A stretch of DNA of 64,000 bases, taken from Camelus dromedarius (lineage: Eukaryota). Of the stretch, positions 37,601 through 50,900 are shown piece by piece. The stretch spans positions 64,854,001 through 64,918,000 of the forward strand of contig NC_087437.1 of the NCBI RefSeq assembly GCF_036321535.1, given 5' to 3'. Under the pieces are notes generated by a model, which was not told where the DNA came from, searched no databases, and was given only the letters and a program-made list of their open reading frames with translations. Position numbers and translations under genes: made by a program. Numbering within the stretch: position 1 is the first letter of the stretch; each line of letters starts with the position of its first letter.

Positions 37601-39336
37601 GCCGCAAGGAAGGCGGAGGATGTGCCAGTGAGGAACTTGTGACCTTGGCTGAAGCACAAGCCACTTCATCCATCAGAGCTGTTTGAATTCCCAAAGAACA
37701 AATCCTATTACTAAGGACAGTTCAATAGTAGGAGTTGGGAGAAGCAGCATAACGTCAGGTGAACATTGCTGAATCCATACTGCTGGGCTGAATCCAGCTT
37801 TGCCACCTATTGGCAGTGTCGTCTCAAGCAAATTACTTAACCTCTCGGGCTTTAGTTTGCACATATTTAAAATGGGGAATCACAACAAGACTTAGAGCAG
37901 AGAGTTACGATGCCATTTAAATGAGTATTTATAAGATGCTTAGAACAGGACCTGGCACAAAGAAAGTGCTACATCTATGTATCTGTCAAATAAATAAAAT
38001 ACGAAGTGGAATGGGAAGGGGTTCCTGCTGGACAGTGTTCTCCAGAGCTTTGTCTCATCCCCTTTCTCTGTGCTCTTGCTCCCACATACCTTCTACCTCC
38101 CCAGGAGCTAAGGTATCAGGCCCTGGGAGATGGAAGCTGCTGTCATGACCTCAGTGACCAGTTAGCACATCTACAGCACAGATTCAACAAGCTCCAAGGT
38201 GCTAAGCAGAGAAAGCAGACATCACAAAAGGCCTGCCCCAGTCAGCATCGACCTGAGGGAGCATCTTTCCCTAGTACCCCAACTCCTTGTCACCCACAAC
38301 AGGGATGAGGACACTGACCAAGGGCCTGGTGTGTGCCATTGGGAGGAGGGGAGCTCATGGCCAGGCCAATTAGTCAGGAGCAGCCTGAGCACTGCTGGAG
38401 CAAATAGCACACTCGGCGCACCCTCCCCATCTGCCCCACACCAGGACTGGATGCCTTCCCTCTGAGTGCTGAGGGTGTGGAAAATAAGCAGCAGGAAGGG
38501 GATGGGCCAGGAGAAACTAAAGGCACCCAGTCACAGGATGAGTGGCAGGAACCTCGGCCAATCCCGGTTTACAGGGGGAGAAACTGAAACTCAGAGAGAA
38601 GCGGCAAACAGGGAAGATCTGACACTACTGAAATTTCTTTTGGCGGGGAAGGCTCTTCAAGAAAAAGAATACAGAACACAGAACAAAATGGCCATAACCA
38701 CTACAAGGCCACTCAACAGGGGAAGAATATGATGGAGAGAAAAGTCGCAGTGGAAAGAGACATTGGTCTTAACTTATGTGGTTAAAATATCTTACTAATG
38801 AAAATTTTACTAAGGATTAAGACACATGATCACACTGTTCGGGCCCCTCTTGGGGTCTTGGAGGGGCTTGGAAAGGGCTGTGCGAGAGAGGAGCCCCAGA
38901 GCTCAGCCCCTTAGCTTCATGGTGAGTCAGCTGACACCATCAGCTGAAGGGCACTGAAGCAGGCAGGAATAGGGCTGGGTTTCTTGATCCTCCCGGGAAG
39001 CAGTGGCAACTGATCGCTGGGCGTGGGCTGGTGGAGAGGGCAGTGGGGGCGCGGGGAGAAGGTAGGGAACAAGGAAACCAGTGGTCCCTAATGGAAAGAG
39101 ACTTAGAAATCTGTCAGCAATTTCCTAAAAGCCTGAGAACGTTAGAGATGGGAACAGAGCACATCAGAGTAGGGGCCTCCCCCACCCTCCCTGCTCCCCA
39201 GGCACTCCTGGACAGACCAGAACACTGAATAGAAAGTGAGTAAAATGCACCAAGTCTCAAGGCTGGGCTTGCAGGTCAAGCTCATAGGGAGACAGTGGGA
39301 GGATTCTAGGATTTTACAGAGTCAAAGGGTGCTTAC

Positions 39337-39386
39337 CAGAGAGCAGGAAGGCCATCACCACGAAGATGTTTCTCAGTCCCATGGTG
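39337..39386 (-). CDS. CD86: CD86 50-nt signal-peptide exon
   Basis: Acceptor ttttcttttttaactctag, donor gtaagc. CACCATGG strong-Kozak ATG at 39382-39380; encodes (S)TMGLRNIFVVMAFLLS(G). Confidence 0.96.
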
Positions 39387-39489
39387 CTAGAGTTAAAAAA
39401 GAAAAGATAAAATTTCATTAGAAAATGAAACAGAAAACTAAAATATGACAAGCGGAGTTTGAAATTCACTTAGGTCCGTGGGTGTGGCA

Positions 39490-39916
39490 GAGACCACACT
39501 GTGTGTTCATCAAAGCCATTTTCTTTTCCTTCTAGCCCCACAGACATGCCCTATGTCCCCATCCCTCTACCCCCAAGTTAGGTTGGCCATGTGACTGGGT
39601 TTTGGCCAATGAACTGTGGGCGGAGAAGACGGGTGTTACTTCCAGATACTGCACTAAAGCCTCCTCTCTCTTGCCTCCTTCCCCTGCCTGCTTGGATGCA
39701 GAAGATCCAGAGGAGGGGTCCCAGGGCCTCAGAGATGGCAAAGTCTCACTATGAAAGAAGCTGTTTTGGTAAACAAATGAATAAAACAGCTTTCAACACC
39801 TCACAGTGACCTATACTGGACTGTGACATGAGCAAAAACTAAACTTTTATTGTGTTAAGCTGATGAAATTTGGGGGGTTCTTTACTGCAGTAGCTGGCAT
39901 TATTGTGACCGATACA
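39490..39916 (+). mobile_element. MLT1-type MaLR LTR
   Basis: GGTTGGCCATGTGACTGGGTTTTGGCCAATGAA...GGACTGTGACATGAGC...AAACTTTTATTGTGTTAAGC...GATACA. Confidence 0.7.
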
Positions 39917-39964
39917 TGGGTACAGTGGGTCAAATGTTTAGGAGTCAACTTTTCTTTGGCTTCC

Positions 39965-40145
39965 TTGTGGTTTTCATACTTTAATGTATGAATCATACGA
40001 ATCATCTGGGAGAGCATGTTAAAGCAGTTTTCTGGCCCTTGTCCACAGAGATTCTGACTTAGTAGGCTGCGGGAGACACATGTCCAACAACCTCACCAGT
40101 GGTAGCGATGCTGCGGCTCTCAGGACCCCACTTTGAGAACCACTG
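39965..40145. mobile_element. MER5A-like MITE
   Basis: GAATCATCTGGG...AGAGATTCTGACTTAGTAGG...CCACTTTGAGAACCACTG. Confidence 0.75.
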
Positions 40146-40724
40146 CACTGGAGCACTCACTTAACCTGTGTGATAGAGCCAAGGAAAATGACAGGCATTG
40201 TTCTAAAACCTCCATCCTCTCTTCTTTCTTTCCTGCCCTCGGTCTTTTTGTATTCACCCACCTACCCCAGCTTAGACCAAAAAGGCAGTAGAGCGGGAAG
40301 CACAGAATAGGAAAGATGACCAACATGACAAACAGGGAAAGCAAACCAAATGCAGGAATATAAAGTGGAGCCAAGTACAAGGCCAGTGCTAAACGCTTAC
40401 TATGGAAAGCTGCCCACCTTGTGTGGTGTGGAGCACAAGTTTGGCTGGTAGCTTTTTAACAGTCAAAGTGAAAAGGAAAACCTAATTGGTGAATTAATTT
40501 ATAGGCCTGTCCATAAGATAAAAACAAAACAATGCTCAGGGGAAGATGCACAATTCTTCCTGATCCAATAGCAAAATTTCTTCCTTGGAGGTGATTTGAC
40601 TAGAAGCCATCCCTGATGCCTTGGGGCTGTGCTAACAGGCTTCCTCTCTGTTCCCAGAGCACCCAGTACAGAGCTTTAGGCTAAAAGTGTCCATTATGTT
40701 TCTTCCCTCCTAGACTATAACCCC

Positions 40725-42290
40725 TCTTTTATAATTAAAAAATTTTGCATAGAACATACCTGCACATGGTACTAAATTTAACATGTAAAGGTGATAGTGG
40801 AAAGCAAGTCTATCCCTCCCAACCCTGTTCCCTCGGAGTCTGATTTTCCCCGTAGAAACAACTGGAGTGACTACTATTACCTATTAGCAGTTTCTTGCCT
40901 CTACTTGCAGTTATTTTAGGCAAAACAAAATGAAAACATAGACTCATAGTCTTCTTTCATTTTGTTTTAAGACACAAATGTTAGCATACTGTAGCACAGT
41001 TTTGCACGCTTAACCACTCCTTTGGAGACTTTTCTGTACCAGCACGTACTGAGTATCCTCATTCTAACAGTTGCATATTACTCTTGTATCTTCTATTGGA
41101 TGACAATAATTTATTTTACCAGCCCTTATCAATGGACATTTAGGTTTTTCCAATTTTCTGCTGCAATGAAGAACCTCGATCATATGCCAAATCACACAGT
41201 GAGCTATCTTCCTAGAAGCATAATGGCTTGACCAAAGTGTCAAAGGGTAATTGCAATTTTAATCTTCACAGATACTGAAAAACTGTTCTCCCCTAAAATT
41301 ATGTTTATGCTCCCACCAACAAAACATGAGTGTGCTTATTTTCATGTAGCTTTTCCCAACATAGTATGTTCTCTGATTTGTGATCTTTACAAATGGGGAA
41401 GGCTAAAATGACATCTCATTGTGACTTTTAAAGATTATTTTTGTCATGAAGTACACATAACAAAATTTACCATCTTACTCATTTTTTAAGTGTACAGTGG
41501 TATTAAATACATTCACATTGTTGTGTAACCGTCACCACCACCCATCTCCAAAACTCCTTTCATCTTGCAAAATTGAAATTCTGTACTCATTAGACAGTTA
41601 CTTAACATGATCCTCCGCCCCATCCCACCACATCCTGGGAAACCATCAGTCCACCTTCTGTCTCCATGAATTTGACTACTCTAGGTATCTCATATAAGTG
41701 GAATTGTGAAGTATTTGTCTTTTTGTGTCTGGCTTATTTCACTTAGCATAATGTATTCAAGGTTCAACCATGTTGTAGCATATGTCAGAATTCCCTTCCT
41801 TTTTAAGGCTGGATAATACTCCTTATATGTACATACTACATTTTGTTTATCCATTCAACTGTTGATAAACATTTGCGTTGCTTCCACCTCTTGGCTGTTG
41901 ATCATGGGTGTGCAAATATCTCTTTGAGACCTTGCTTTCATTTCTTTTGAGTATGTACTCGAAAGTGGAATTACTGGATCATATGGTATTCTATTTTTAA
42001 TTTTTTGGGAAACTGCCATATTGTTTCTCATAGCAGCTGCACCATTTTACATTCCCATTAACTGTGCACAAGAGTTCCAATTCTCCACATCCTTGCCAAC
42101 TCTTGTTATCTTCTCTATTTTTTTCTTTAGCACTCATCCTAATGGGTGTGAGGTGGTTCTCATTGTAATTTAAAAATGAATTTATTTTATTTTGAGTATG
42201 AGCATCTTTTCAAATGTATAAGAGAGAATATTTCCTGTTAATTTGGACTTTTTCTTATTGATGTGTAGGAGTGCTTTTATATTTAAAAAA
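40725..42290 (-). mobile_element. L1 cluster: better preserved L1MA/MB-like 3' end (~41435-42160) nested in an older L1ME-like relic
   Basis: ACATAACAAAATTTACCATCTT...TCATATAAGTGGAAT...GGCTTATTTCACTTAGCATAATG...GCACCATTTTACATTCCCA. The older L1 motif CTCATTGT occurs on both sides. Confidence 0.8.
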
Positions 42291-43788
42291 TTAGTGCTAA
42301 TTAGTAACTAATTAGAAAATTAGTACTTGGTGACAAAGAGTTGAAAATACATTCAGTTGCTGAAGCACACAGTAGGTGTTCATTTATGAACCTCACGCTC
42401 TCTCCCAATTGCTCCCTCCCTTCCTTCCAGGGATTTTGGTAGGTTTCAGAGCTTAGGCGTTATCTGTTAGGCCAAATCTGACACCACACAATGGCAGAAT
42501 CTGGAAAAAGAGTGTCTATTTGATTCCTGTGCACTTCCTTATACTATATCACCACCAGCATCCTATTTATCATAGAGTCTGAGGACTGGGAACCCTTTGA
42601 GTCTGAACTTGCACCTAAAATAGAAATTGCCCTTGTTTGCAAGCCAAACATCAATATACTTGAACTAATCAAAGATTTTTTTCCCCTGGGGTAATGTGTC
42701 AAAAGGGACACAAAGTCAAAATTATATTTTGCTCTAAATTTCATGAATCACCTTCAATTCAAGTAATTACATGAAATCAGTATGGCCCTGGGAAATCTTG
42801 GACAAGTGGTCCCTGTCACTCATGCAGCGAGGAGGAGCACAGTGTGTGAGAAGGAAGTCAGCATTGTTTCTGACTTCTCTGTTTAGAAACTCTCTCTTCC
42901 CCAACTGAGAAGCTGCCTCTCCTTCACTTCCTGTCACTAATACTGGTGGTGTTCTCTGGAACACAGTAAACCTAACACATTTCTGTCAAAGCTCTTCAAG
43001 GATTCGGGGACAGCCATCGTGTTCCTCCTCAAAATCCTGCCCAGCAGTGACATTCCTACTAAATTTCACTAACATTAATCTGGAGATGGCACACCATCCT
43101 GACCAGTACTTTAGACACAGTTTATCAGAGAATCCTGTTAAAATATAGTGCTAAAACACTTGAGATTGACACGGGCCTCTTTCATAGGGTATAAATGCCT
43201 TATGTGAAAAACTTCTCTCACCTCTAGCCGTGGAATGTGCAGGCTGAATTAGGAAGCCAGTTTTCTTTGGTGTTGTTGGCTTTGAAACAGAGCAGAAATG
43301 TCACTGCTCCCGGAGCAATGAACTCGTAACCACAACTACGAGTCACTGCTTTCTCCAGAGGGCCTGAGAAGTAGATACTCTTGCTTTCGGAGGGAGAGAC
43401 TAAAAAGGGGATTGGGAGAGGAAAGAACCTAAGAATTTACATGGGGGAAAATTCTCTGAGAGGAGATTGCTGTCAGCTATGAGCAGAACAAGGTCTGCAG
43501 GTGGGTGAACTGGTCAATTTAGCTGGAGGTTCATTTCAGGAACCAAAGAAAAGCACCCATCAGACACTACTTTCCCTTACTTTGCATGCCTGGCCCATCA
43601 CAGAACGTGAGTGAGAGTCAGCTGAATGACTAATTATAGTAGTATGCCTCACAACAAGGTGGGATTATTTCTCCCCAGTTACAGATGAAGAAATGGAGTT
43701 TCAGAGAGGTTAAGGAATATTCCTAGCTGCCTGGCTCATAAATGATGGAGTTGAGATTTAAACCCATACAGCCTCCCTGCGTTCTTTT

Positions 43789-43911
43789 CCAATTTTTTTT
43801 TTTTTAGGTAACATTGGTTTATAACATTATAAAAGTTTCATGTGTACAACATTATATTTCCACTTCTGTACACACTTCAGCTTGCTCACCACCAAAAATT
43901 TCCATCCGTCA
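43789..43911 (-). mobile_element. Very short L1 3'-tail insertion
   Basis: Poly(T) followed by AACATTGGTTTATAACATTATA...TGTACAACATTATATTTC. Flanked by CTCCCTGCGTTCTTTT (43773-43788) / CTCACTGTGTTCTTTT (43912-43927), a TSD with 14 of 16 matching. Confidence 0.7.
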
Positions 43912-45881
43912 CTCACTGTGTTCTTTTTAACACTGGTGGAGTTCCTTTAAAAGTTCCAGCTGGTTTCAGATGTGCTGTAGGAGCAAGTGAAAAGGATTCC
44001 AGTTCTACCCACTCTCAAGGTAACAGGGGCAGCATATCCCCAGGGCCAGGTGTGACGGTGGCTCCTGGAATCAGAGTGCAACACACTGGGGCACAGGTGG
44101 GATGGGGGATAGGAAGGAGCCGTAGGTGCCCCTTTGTAGCAGGGAAACTTCTGCCCCGAGCTGCTTGAATGCCCATTATGTTCCAGGCAGAGACTGCTCC
44201 TCTGCCCTGGACAGGTAATCAGTTTCCCCGCATGGCCTGACCTCCAGACACTTGTTACTGTTTTTCAGCTGAGCCTCGCCTACAAAAACTCTGGGAACCA
44301 CAAGTATTTGAGTGAAAAAGGGAGGGGATCCTTTTTGTGTTTCAGGTCTGAAGGAGGATGTAGGATCTAGTTCAGGCAAAACGCACTATGAAGAAGACGT
44401 GGTGTGCTGGTGGCCAGTCATGGGGTGGGGCAGGAGAGTACAGATTTGATGACACAGGAAGTGAGAGAAGGATTCCAAGGCAGAAGTTGGGGAGTGACAA
44501 AAAAAAGTTCCCTATTTCACGACTTCGTCTAGAACATTAGTGGTGATCAGGGAACCAGGAAAAATGCTGATGTCTAAGGAAGATTGTTCACTGAGACGGT
44601 CTCATGCAAATATTTAGTGAATTTACTCAGTGTCAGGCTTGTTTTAGAGGTTGTGGGGGAGTACAAAAATGTGCAGGCCTTGGTCCTGGACCTAGGACTA
44701 AAAAGAAAGACAGAGTGTCCACAAATATCTGCCTTTCAAGCTCCAGGACCAGTGTGGAAGTTGGCATCACTTATCGCCTCCCTTCACATATGGGAGTCCC
44801 TGCTCCAAGCAAAGCAGGAGACGCCACCACCTCGTGGAGGGAGGACTCGGTTGGCCTCAGTTCAGCGGTCAAGGTCTGGCCCTTTGCCTTCTGCCAGCTC
44901 GTACTGTGACTGGACAAGCCAGGCTTGTTGGACAGGCACCGTCAGCTGAGTGAGAGGAGAGTAAAGACTGGGAGAAGCACGAGCCGCCCGGGGCCTTGGC
45001 TGGCCTCTGGGGTGATGCGCTGTATGAGTTACTTCTCAAGGCACCAGAACCTGAAGCTCTCCCTTTGGAGAAGCCGTGATTACCTCTAGGGTCCTGGGAG
45101 AATAGGGCAGGTTTATTTCCTTCTTTACAAAGGTTCTGAACTGCAAAATAAGAAGTTTGCTGGGAATTGGACATATCTGAATTTTAATTTCTGACAGGGT
45201 GTCTCACGATGTGCTTGAGAGCCATGGAGAAATGTGGGCTAGCTATTCATGCAGTTACTTCACTGAAAAGCTGTGCCCGAATGTCGTTCATTCATTTAAC
45301 AAATCCGTATTGAGCCAGGCCTTGTGCTAAGGGCTGGGAATACAACGGTGAGCAAAACCAGAAAGTGCCCCTCTTCATGTGGTTGCTTACACTTTAGTAG
45401 AGGAGCAAGATAACGATCATAAAATAAATGTAAAATTACGATGGCAAGTGCTACAGAGGAGAGGTTCGTGGTATTCTGAGGGCCTATAATAGGTCTAACC
45501 TAAACTGAGATTTGGAGAATGATGTGGTAGATTAAAGATGGACACATTTTCTTTGCTATTCCTCCTATGAAGAGGTAGCATCTAGCCTCCTCTACCTGAA
45601 TCTGGGCTGGCCTTAGAGACTTGTTTGACCAATAGAATACGCTAGAAGAGATGTTTGGGGCTTCTGAGGCTAGATCATAAGAAGACTTGCAGCTTCCGTG
45701 TTTCTTGGAATACCATCTCTGGGGCTCTGAGCCACCATGAAAGATTCCCTACTACCCAGAGACCACCATGCTGGAGAGGCCATGTGTAGATGTTTGGGTC
45801 AACAGTCCCAGCTGAGCCCAGCCTTCCAGCCCTCTTTGCAGAAGCACCAGACATGTGAATAAAATCTTGAATCCTCTAAAT

Positions 45882-46107
45882 CAGAGGTCAGCAAACTGCA
45901 GCCTGCAGACCAAATCTGGCCACCATCTATTTTTACAAATAAAGTTTTATTGGCCTACATCATATCCATTTACTTAAGTATTGTCTGTGACTGCTTGTGC
46001 ACTACAATGGTAGAGTTGAGTAGTTGTGATGGAGACCATATGGCTTGCAAAGCTGAAAATATTTCCTCTCTGGCCTTTTACAGAGAAAAAAAAAATACTA
46101 ACCCTTG
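45882..46107. mobile_element. MER58A-like hAT-Charlie MITE
   Basis: CAGAGGTCAGCAAACT...AAATAAAGTTTTATTGG...TGGCCTTTTACAGA...AACCCTTG; 8-bp flanks CTCTAAAT / CTCCAGAT. Confidence 0.85.
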
Positions 46108-46115
46108 CTCCAGAT

Positions 46116-46435
46116 CAGCACTGTTCAATAAAAATATAATGCAAGCCACATATATAATTTGAAAATTTCTGGTAGCCACATTAAAACATTTAAAAAGAAA
46201 TAGATAAAATTAATTTTAATAATATTTTAAATTTAATCCAATATATCTAAAATATAATTTCAACATGTAATCAACATAAAAATTATTAATGGATATTTTA
46301 CATTCTTTTTTCTATGCTAAATCTTCAAAATCTTGTGGGTATTTTATACTTACAACACATCTCAATTAAGATGAACTGCATTTCAAGTGATCAGTAGCAG
46401 CATGTGGCTAGTGGCTGCTGAATTGGACAGTGTAG
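46116..46435. mobile_element. MER33-like hAT-Charlie MITE
   Basis: CAGCACTGTTCAATAAAAATATAATGCAAGCCACATA...ATGTGGCTAGTGGCT...ATTGGACAGTGTAG; 8-bp flanks CTCCAGAT / CTCTAGAC. Confidence 0.85.
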
Positions 46436-47249
46436 CTCTAGACAAGCTCACTTATCAGCTCAATACCCCCAAGTGACCTCAGTTGATGCCATGAGGAACA
46501 GAAAAATCACTCAGAAGCCTGCCCAAATTTCTGATTCACACGTTGTGAGAGAGAGTAAAATATTCATTGTTTTAAGCTCTGTAGTCAGGAGCAGTTTGTG
46601 ATGCACCAATAGGTAAACAGAACAGATTGAATAGATGCTAAGTAGCTGAAGGACTGGAGAGGAGAGGGTGACCTGGAAGGATACTAGGCAAAAGGAAGAG
46701 CATATGCAAAAGCACTGAGGGTGCATGAGAGAAGGTTGACGTGGCTAAAATGAATAGACAGGTGGGAGGCTAGGCTGGAGAGGTCAGCAGGTCCCAGAAC
46801 ATGCTTATCTTACGGTTCAGTTAAGGATTTTGGTCTTTCTTATGAGAGCAATGTGAACAGCAGAGGAGTGACATAATCAGGTTTGCATTTTGGAAAGATT
46901 ACTCTGGCTACTGTGTAGCAAATGGATAGTAGGGAAGCCAGAATAGAGACCAGAAGAGTAATCAGTTGGCTACTGTAGTCATTTAAGTGAAAGAAGATGG
47001 ACTTTTGGTCGAGGGTTGTGGTAGCAAAAGTAGACAGAAGTGGATAGGTTCAAGCAACATTTAGGATTATAATCAAGAGGATACGGTGATGGATTAAAAA
47101 TAGGGGATGAGGACAAGGTATTAATTGATAGATATATTCATTCATTCATTCATTCCACAAGTGAATGTCAAGAATCACTCTTGTTTAATAGACTAATACC
47201 CCCGTGGATGCTGTGGGGCTCTGCTTTTCACTTGTTCATTTTCACATAT

Positions 47250-47960
47250 TTAGTAAAACTATGAATGAAGGCACAGAAATCATACTTCTGCTTTCAAATG
47301 TGCAGATGTGCATAAAAATGTGCACAAGAATAAGCCAGATAGCTACTGGTCAGGTGGTGAGCTGAACTAATATTTACAAAGCCTGCAAAGAGTCTGATAC
47401 TAGCATGCTGAATCTCAGGATAGACATAAAGATCTGTACTTAAGTGAAGTAGAATAAGTAGACAAGAGAGAAATAGCTTATCCACAGTCATTGTAAAAAT
47501 CACATAAACATGAGCGTGGCACGGCTAATCAGAAGTTAATTCAGTCTTACTGTAGAATGTGGTCTCTGTGCTAATCAGACCACATCACTTGTGGTATCAC
47601 GTTCAGTGAGGTGGTTATACTTGAATGACACTGACAAGTTAGAATTTATTAAGGGATTCACTAGGGAATAATGAAAGTATGTTAAAAGAGGAACAGTTAA
47701 AAGGCCTGAGGGTAATGAACTTGAAGAAGAGAAGCCTGCAAGTACCTGATGGCTGTCTGCGAATATTTAAGGGCCCTCCCGTGCGAAGACACACGCACTG
47801 TTGTTAAAGGGCTAGTAGTTTCAATAATTGGAAAGTATAGGGAGCCAGACCTCAGCTTCAGATAATGAAGAACTTTGAACAGAATGCTACAACCAGGGAC
47901 TGGACTTTGTTGTGAGCTAATGAGCTCCTCATCACCAGAATTGCTCAAACAAAAGTGGGG
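47250..47960 (+). mobile_element. CR1/L3 LINE relic
   Basis: TCTGTGCTAATCAGACCACA, GAGGAACAGTTAAAAGGCCTGAGG...TGAAGAAGAGAAG and GGCTGTCTGCGAATATTTAAGGG resemble the L3 ORF2 3' end. Confidence 0.55.
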
Positions 47961-50900
47961 TAATAATGCAGAGGAGACATTTTAAGAGAGATTAATGAAT
48001 TGGGTGGAGTGGTTGAACTCCACAACTTTTCAGTTTACTCTCAGGCTTCTTATTACATTCCCAGGAAAGAGGAAAAATAAGGGAGAAAACCTGGACACAC
48101 CACCTTCCCCTGCCCTCCCTCCTCAGAGTCTGTTCCTCTGATTTTTAGCATGATATATGGTATGGTGCATTTAGAGGATCCCAGGGTCTGTGGAGGGTCT
48201 GCTGAGCTGACAAGTGGTCCAGGGCTTGAGAAGAGATGGAGAAGAGCAAGCAATTGTTTAGTTGAAGGGTGGGGTGAAGGTGCTGGTATCTGAACTAGGA
48301 CATAAAATAGTCAGATTTGGTCTCAGAACAGTCCCCTGGTGACAGGAACAAAGTAAGCAACGCATGCTAGGGCTTGCAGGAGAGAGTCGAGTTCTCTTAG
48401 AGCACATGCGGCTTTTACCCAGTGCTCCACCTAAGCCCAGTCATTCCGATACTCCCCCTCCAGAGAGTTGTCAGCCCAGGCCACTGCCTAACAGACTCTT
48501 TCTCAGAGAATGTCTGTTCCTTTCAGTTTAGCAATTGTTGATCAGCAACAATCCAGGGCTTGATATGGTGGCCACCTGCCTTTGTCCTTGAAAGGCTTTT
48601 ACAAGCTTCCAACAATTCTTCCCATGACAGCGCTTCAAACAGACCCAAAGAGATACAATCCTCAAGAGATACAATCTCAAAAAACTACTGCCTCCTGATG
48701 AACCACTTTTAAATGTTTGATTGAGTTTAACTGGATAAATATGTCAGCCGTATTCTTGATACACACATTTGTGTACATGCATGTTCAAAAACAGAGGCAT
48801 AGAACCCTGTGTTCAGTGTTTCTTACTGGTATAACAGTCTCTGGCAACTTTCTAAGCCACAATCAAATATAATAATCTGTAATGATACATGAACATGGGG
48901 GAATGACCATGGCCTTTTATAGGACAGTAAGAAAAGCTGACTCTGGGCAAATAATGGGAAATGAGTTTCTGTAAGTAGAGGAGGATAGCTTAACAAGGCC
49001 TAGGCAGTCAGAAAAGGAGTTTCTATTTGATTTAATAGAAAATTGGGAGTTTGAGATTAATAGTGTGGGAGCAGAAGGACTATGAAATGAAAGTTTAAAG
49101 AAAATAAGCCTGCCAATGGCGTGAAGAAGGAGGTGAGGGCTGATATCAGGGTGATCAAGAAAGCCAGTATTAAAGGCGCAGACCTAAGATGAAGAGGCTG
49201 AACCAGCATGGGGGCAGTGGGCATGACATGAAACAGATGGGCATGAGTGATGCCTTGATGGAAACGTGAACACTTCCTGGGTCTGGTGGACACAGAAGAT
49301 GACTGACTATGGATACATGTCACCTGTCCTGTTTCCTTGAGCTCCCCCGCCAGCCACATCGCCTTCTAGCTTAGGCTGGATCGTATGTCTGTCTTGGTTT
49401 CCAATCTCTTCTTGGAGCAAATCCCTTGGGGCCCCCATCTGTGAAGAATTTTCTGACCTAACACTGCCTTCCTCTCATTTGGTGTCCTTTTCCTCACTCA
49501 TTTGGGAGCTTTGTTTCCACACAGATACGAGGGGAGCAGCATCAAAGATGCATAGGTACAAAGAAGAAATGTCAATGCAGATTCACAAGGAACAGGGGGA
49601 TGCTTTCATTCACTCCCCAATATTGTAGATAACTAATGTATTAAAAATTAAGAGTCCATTCCCCTCACTGGCCTGGCAGAAGGGGCATAACATGGTCATA
49701 GCAATTAGCTTTGCTGGTCTCCCAACAGCAAGTGTGTGTACAAGATTTTACGCCCAGTTTTCCTAGACATATCTAGAATCAGATCTTTCTGAGTCAAGGA
49801 CCACTGCTTTTTCAAATTACCAATGGTTATAGAAACCATTTTTCCCCTTTTGCCAAAAAGTTCCTATGGGTAAGCATCATGCAAAGTTTTACAAGTTCCT
49901 CTCTCTGAATCTGTGTACGTCCAGTCAAGGGCTCTGCCTGCCATGAGAAAGACCCATAGAACTTACTAAAAGGCAGCCATGCCAATCCTGTCCCTCTAAG
50001 GGAGCCCCTTCCTGTTCTCTCAGAACCAGAATAATGGTCAAAGAGAGAAAACCAGTGTTTCAAGAGCACAACTTGAGGGACATCCCCTTCTCCACATTCC
50101 ATGTACTAGTCCTACCCTGGTGCTTGGAATTCCCAAATTACTCATTCCTTTGGTAAAGGCATTTTTGAAAGCCCCTGCTAAAATGCAAATGCTAGCTGTA
50201 AAGGAGAAATGTCTTTTGTTTTAGCTATGAAGAGTTAAGTTCAAGTTAATTTATCTAAATAGGAAATGGAACTCGGAAAGAAATCATATTCACAAAAGGA
50301 GGGAGAAGAACAGGGAATGGGACTTTTCCTTCCTTGATGGGGGATGGAAAGTGCTGAAGACACACTTCTCTTCTACACATATTCAAAATGGTGTCTCTCT
50401 CCCAAACGTCAGCCTAAGCATACTCTGATGTGCAGTTCAGAAAGTGTCTATGTTGGATTAGAGACGAGGATAAGGGTCTAATAAAGGGTTATGTGCTCAA
50501 CCTAGGGCCATACCTTTCCTGACCTCCAAATACCCTTATCAGCCTGACCATGAAAGGTGAAGTGTCCACACTTACCTGGACTCTGCTCGGCTACCCAGGA
50601 ACCTCTCCACTGCTCTCCTCACTTGTTTTGGACATGTTTGCCCTGTTCTGTGTTTCACAGCTTCAATCTCCTGACCCTGAGACCCCTAAACTCAACTCCC
50701 ACCTCTATCTGATTTTTGAAACATGGTCTTTGAAGCTTGATTTCTCCTAAAGAATCTAGCTTGGCTCACCTTTTCACCTTTCATGTTCTTTCCCCTCCCA
50801 CCTAGCTGCCACTCTGTGAAATCCAGTCCTTATCTCCACCACGAGGGGACATCTGCTACCCAGGGATATTAGAGTAACTACAGTATCAAACTCAAAGACA

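Larger units (their letters stand above)
45523..46624 (+). mobile_element. MLT1G/H-like MaLR LTR hosting two hAT MITEs
   Basis: Starts TGTGGTAGATTAAAGATGG and ends CAATAGGTAAACAGAACA; internal GAGACCACCATGCTGGAGAGGCCATGTGTAG and CAGTCCCAGCTGAGCCCAGCCTTCCAGCC. Confidence 0.8.
45285..47115 (-). mobile_element. L2 3' region interrupted by a MaLR LTR
   Basis: TTCATTCATTTAACAAAT..TATTGAGCCAGGC.TTGTGCTAAG (L2 3' end). Resumes after 46625 with GGTTTGCATTTTGGAAAGATTACTCTGGCT. Confidence 0.75.
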
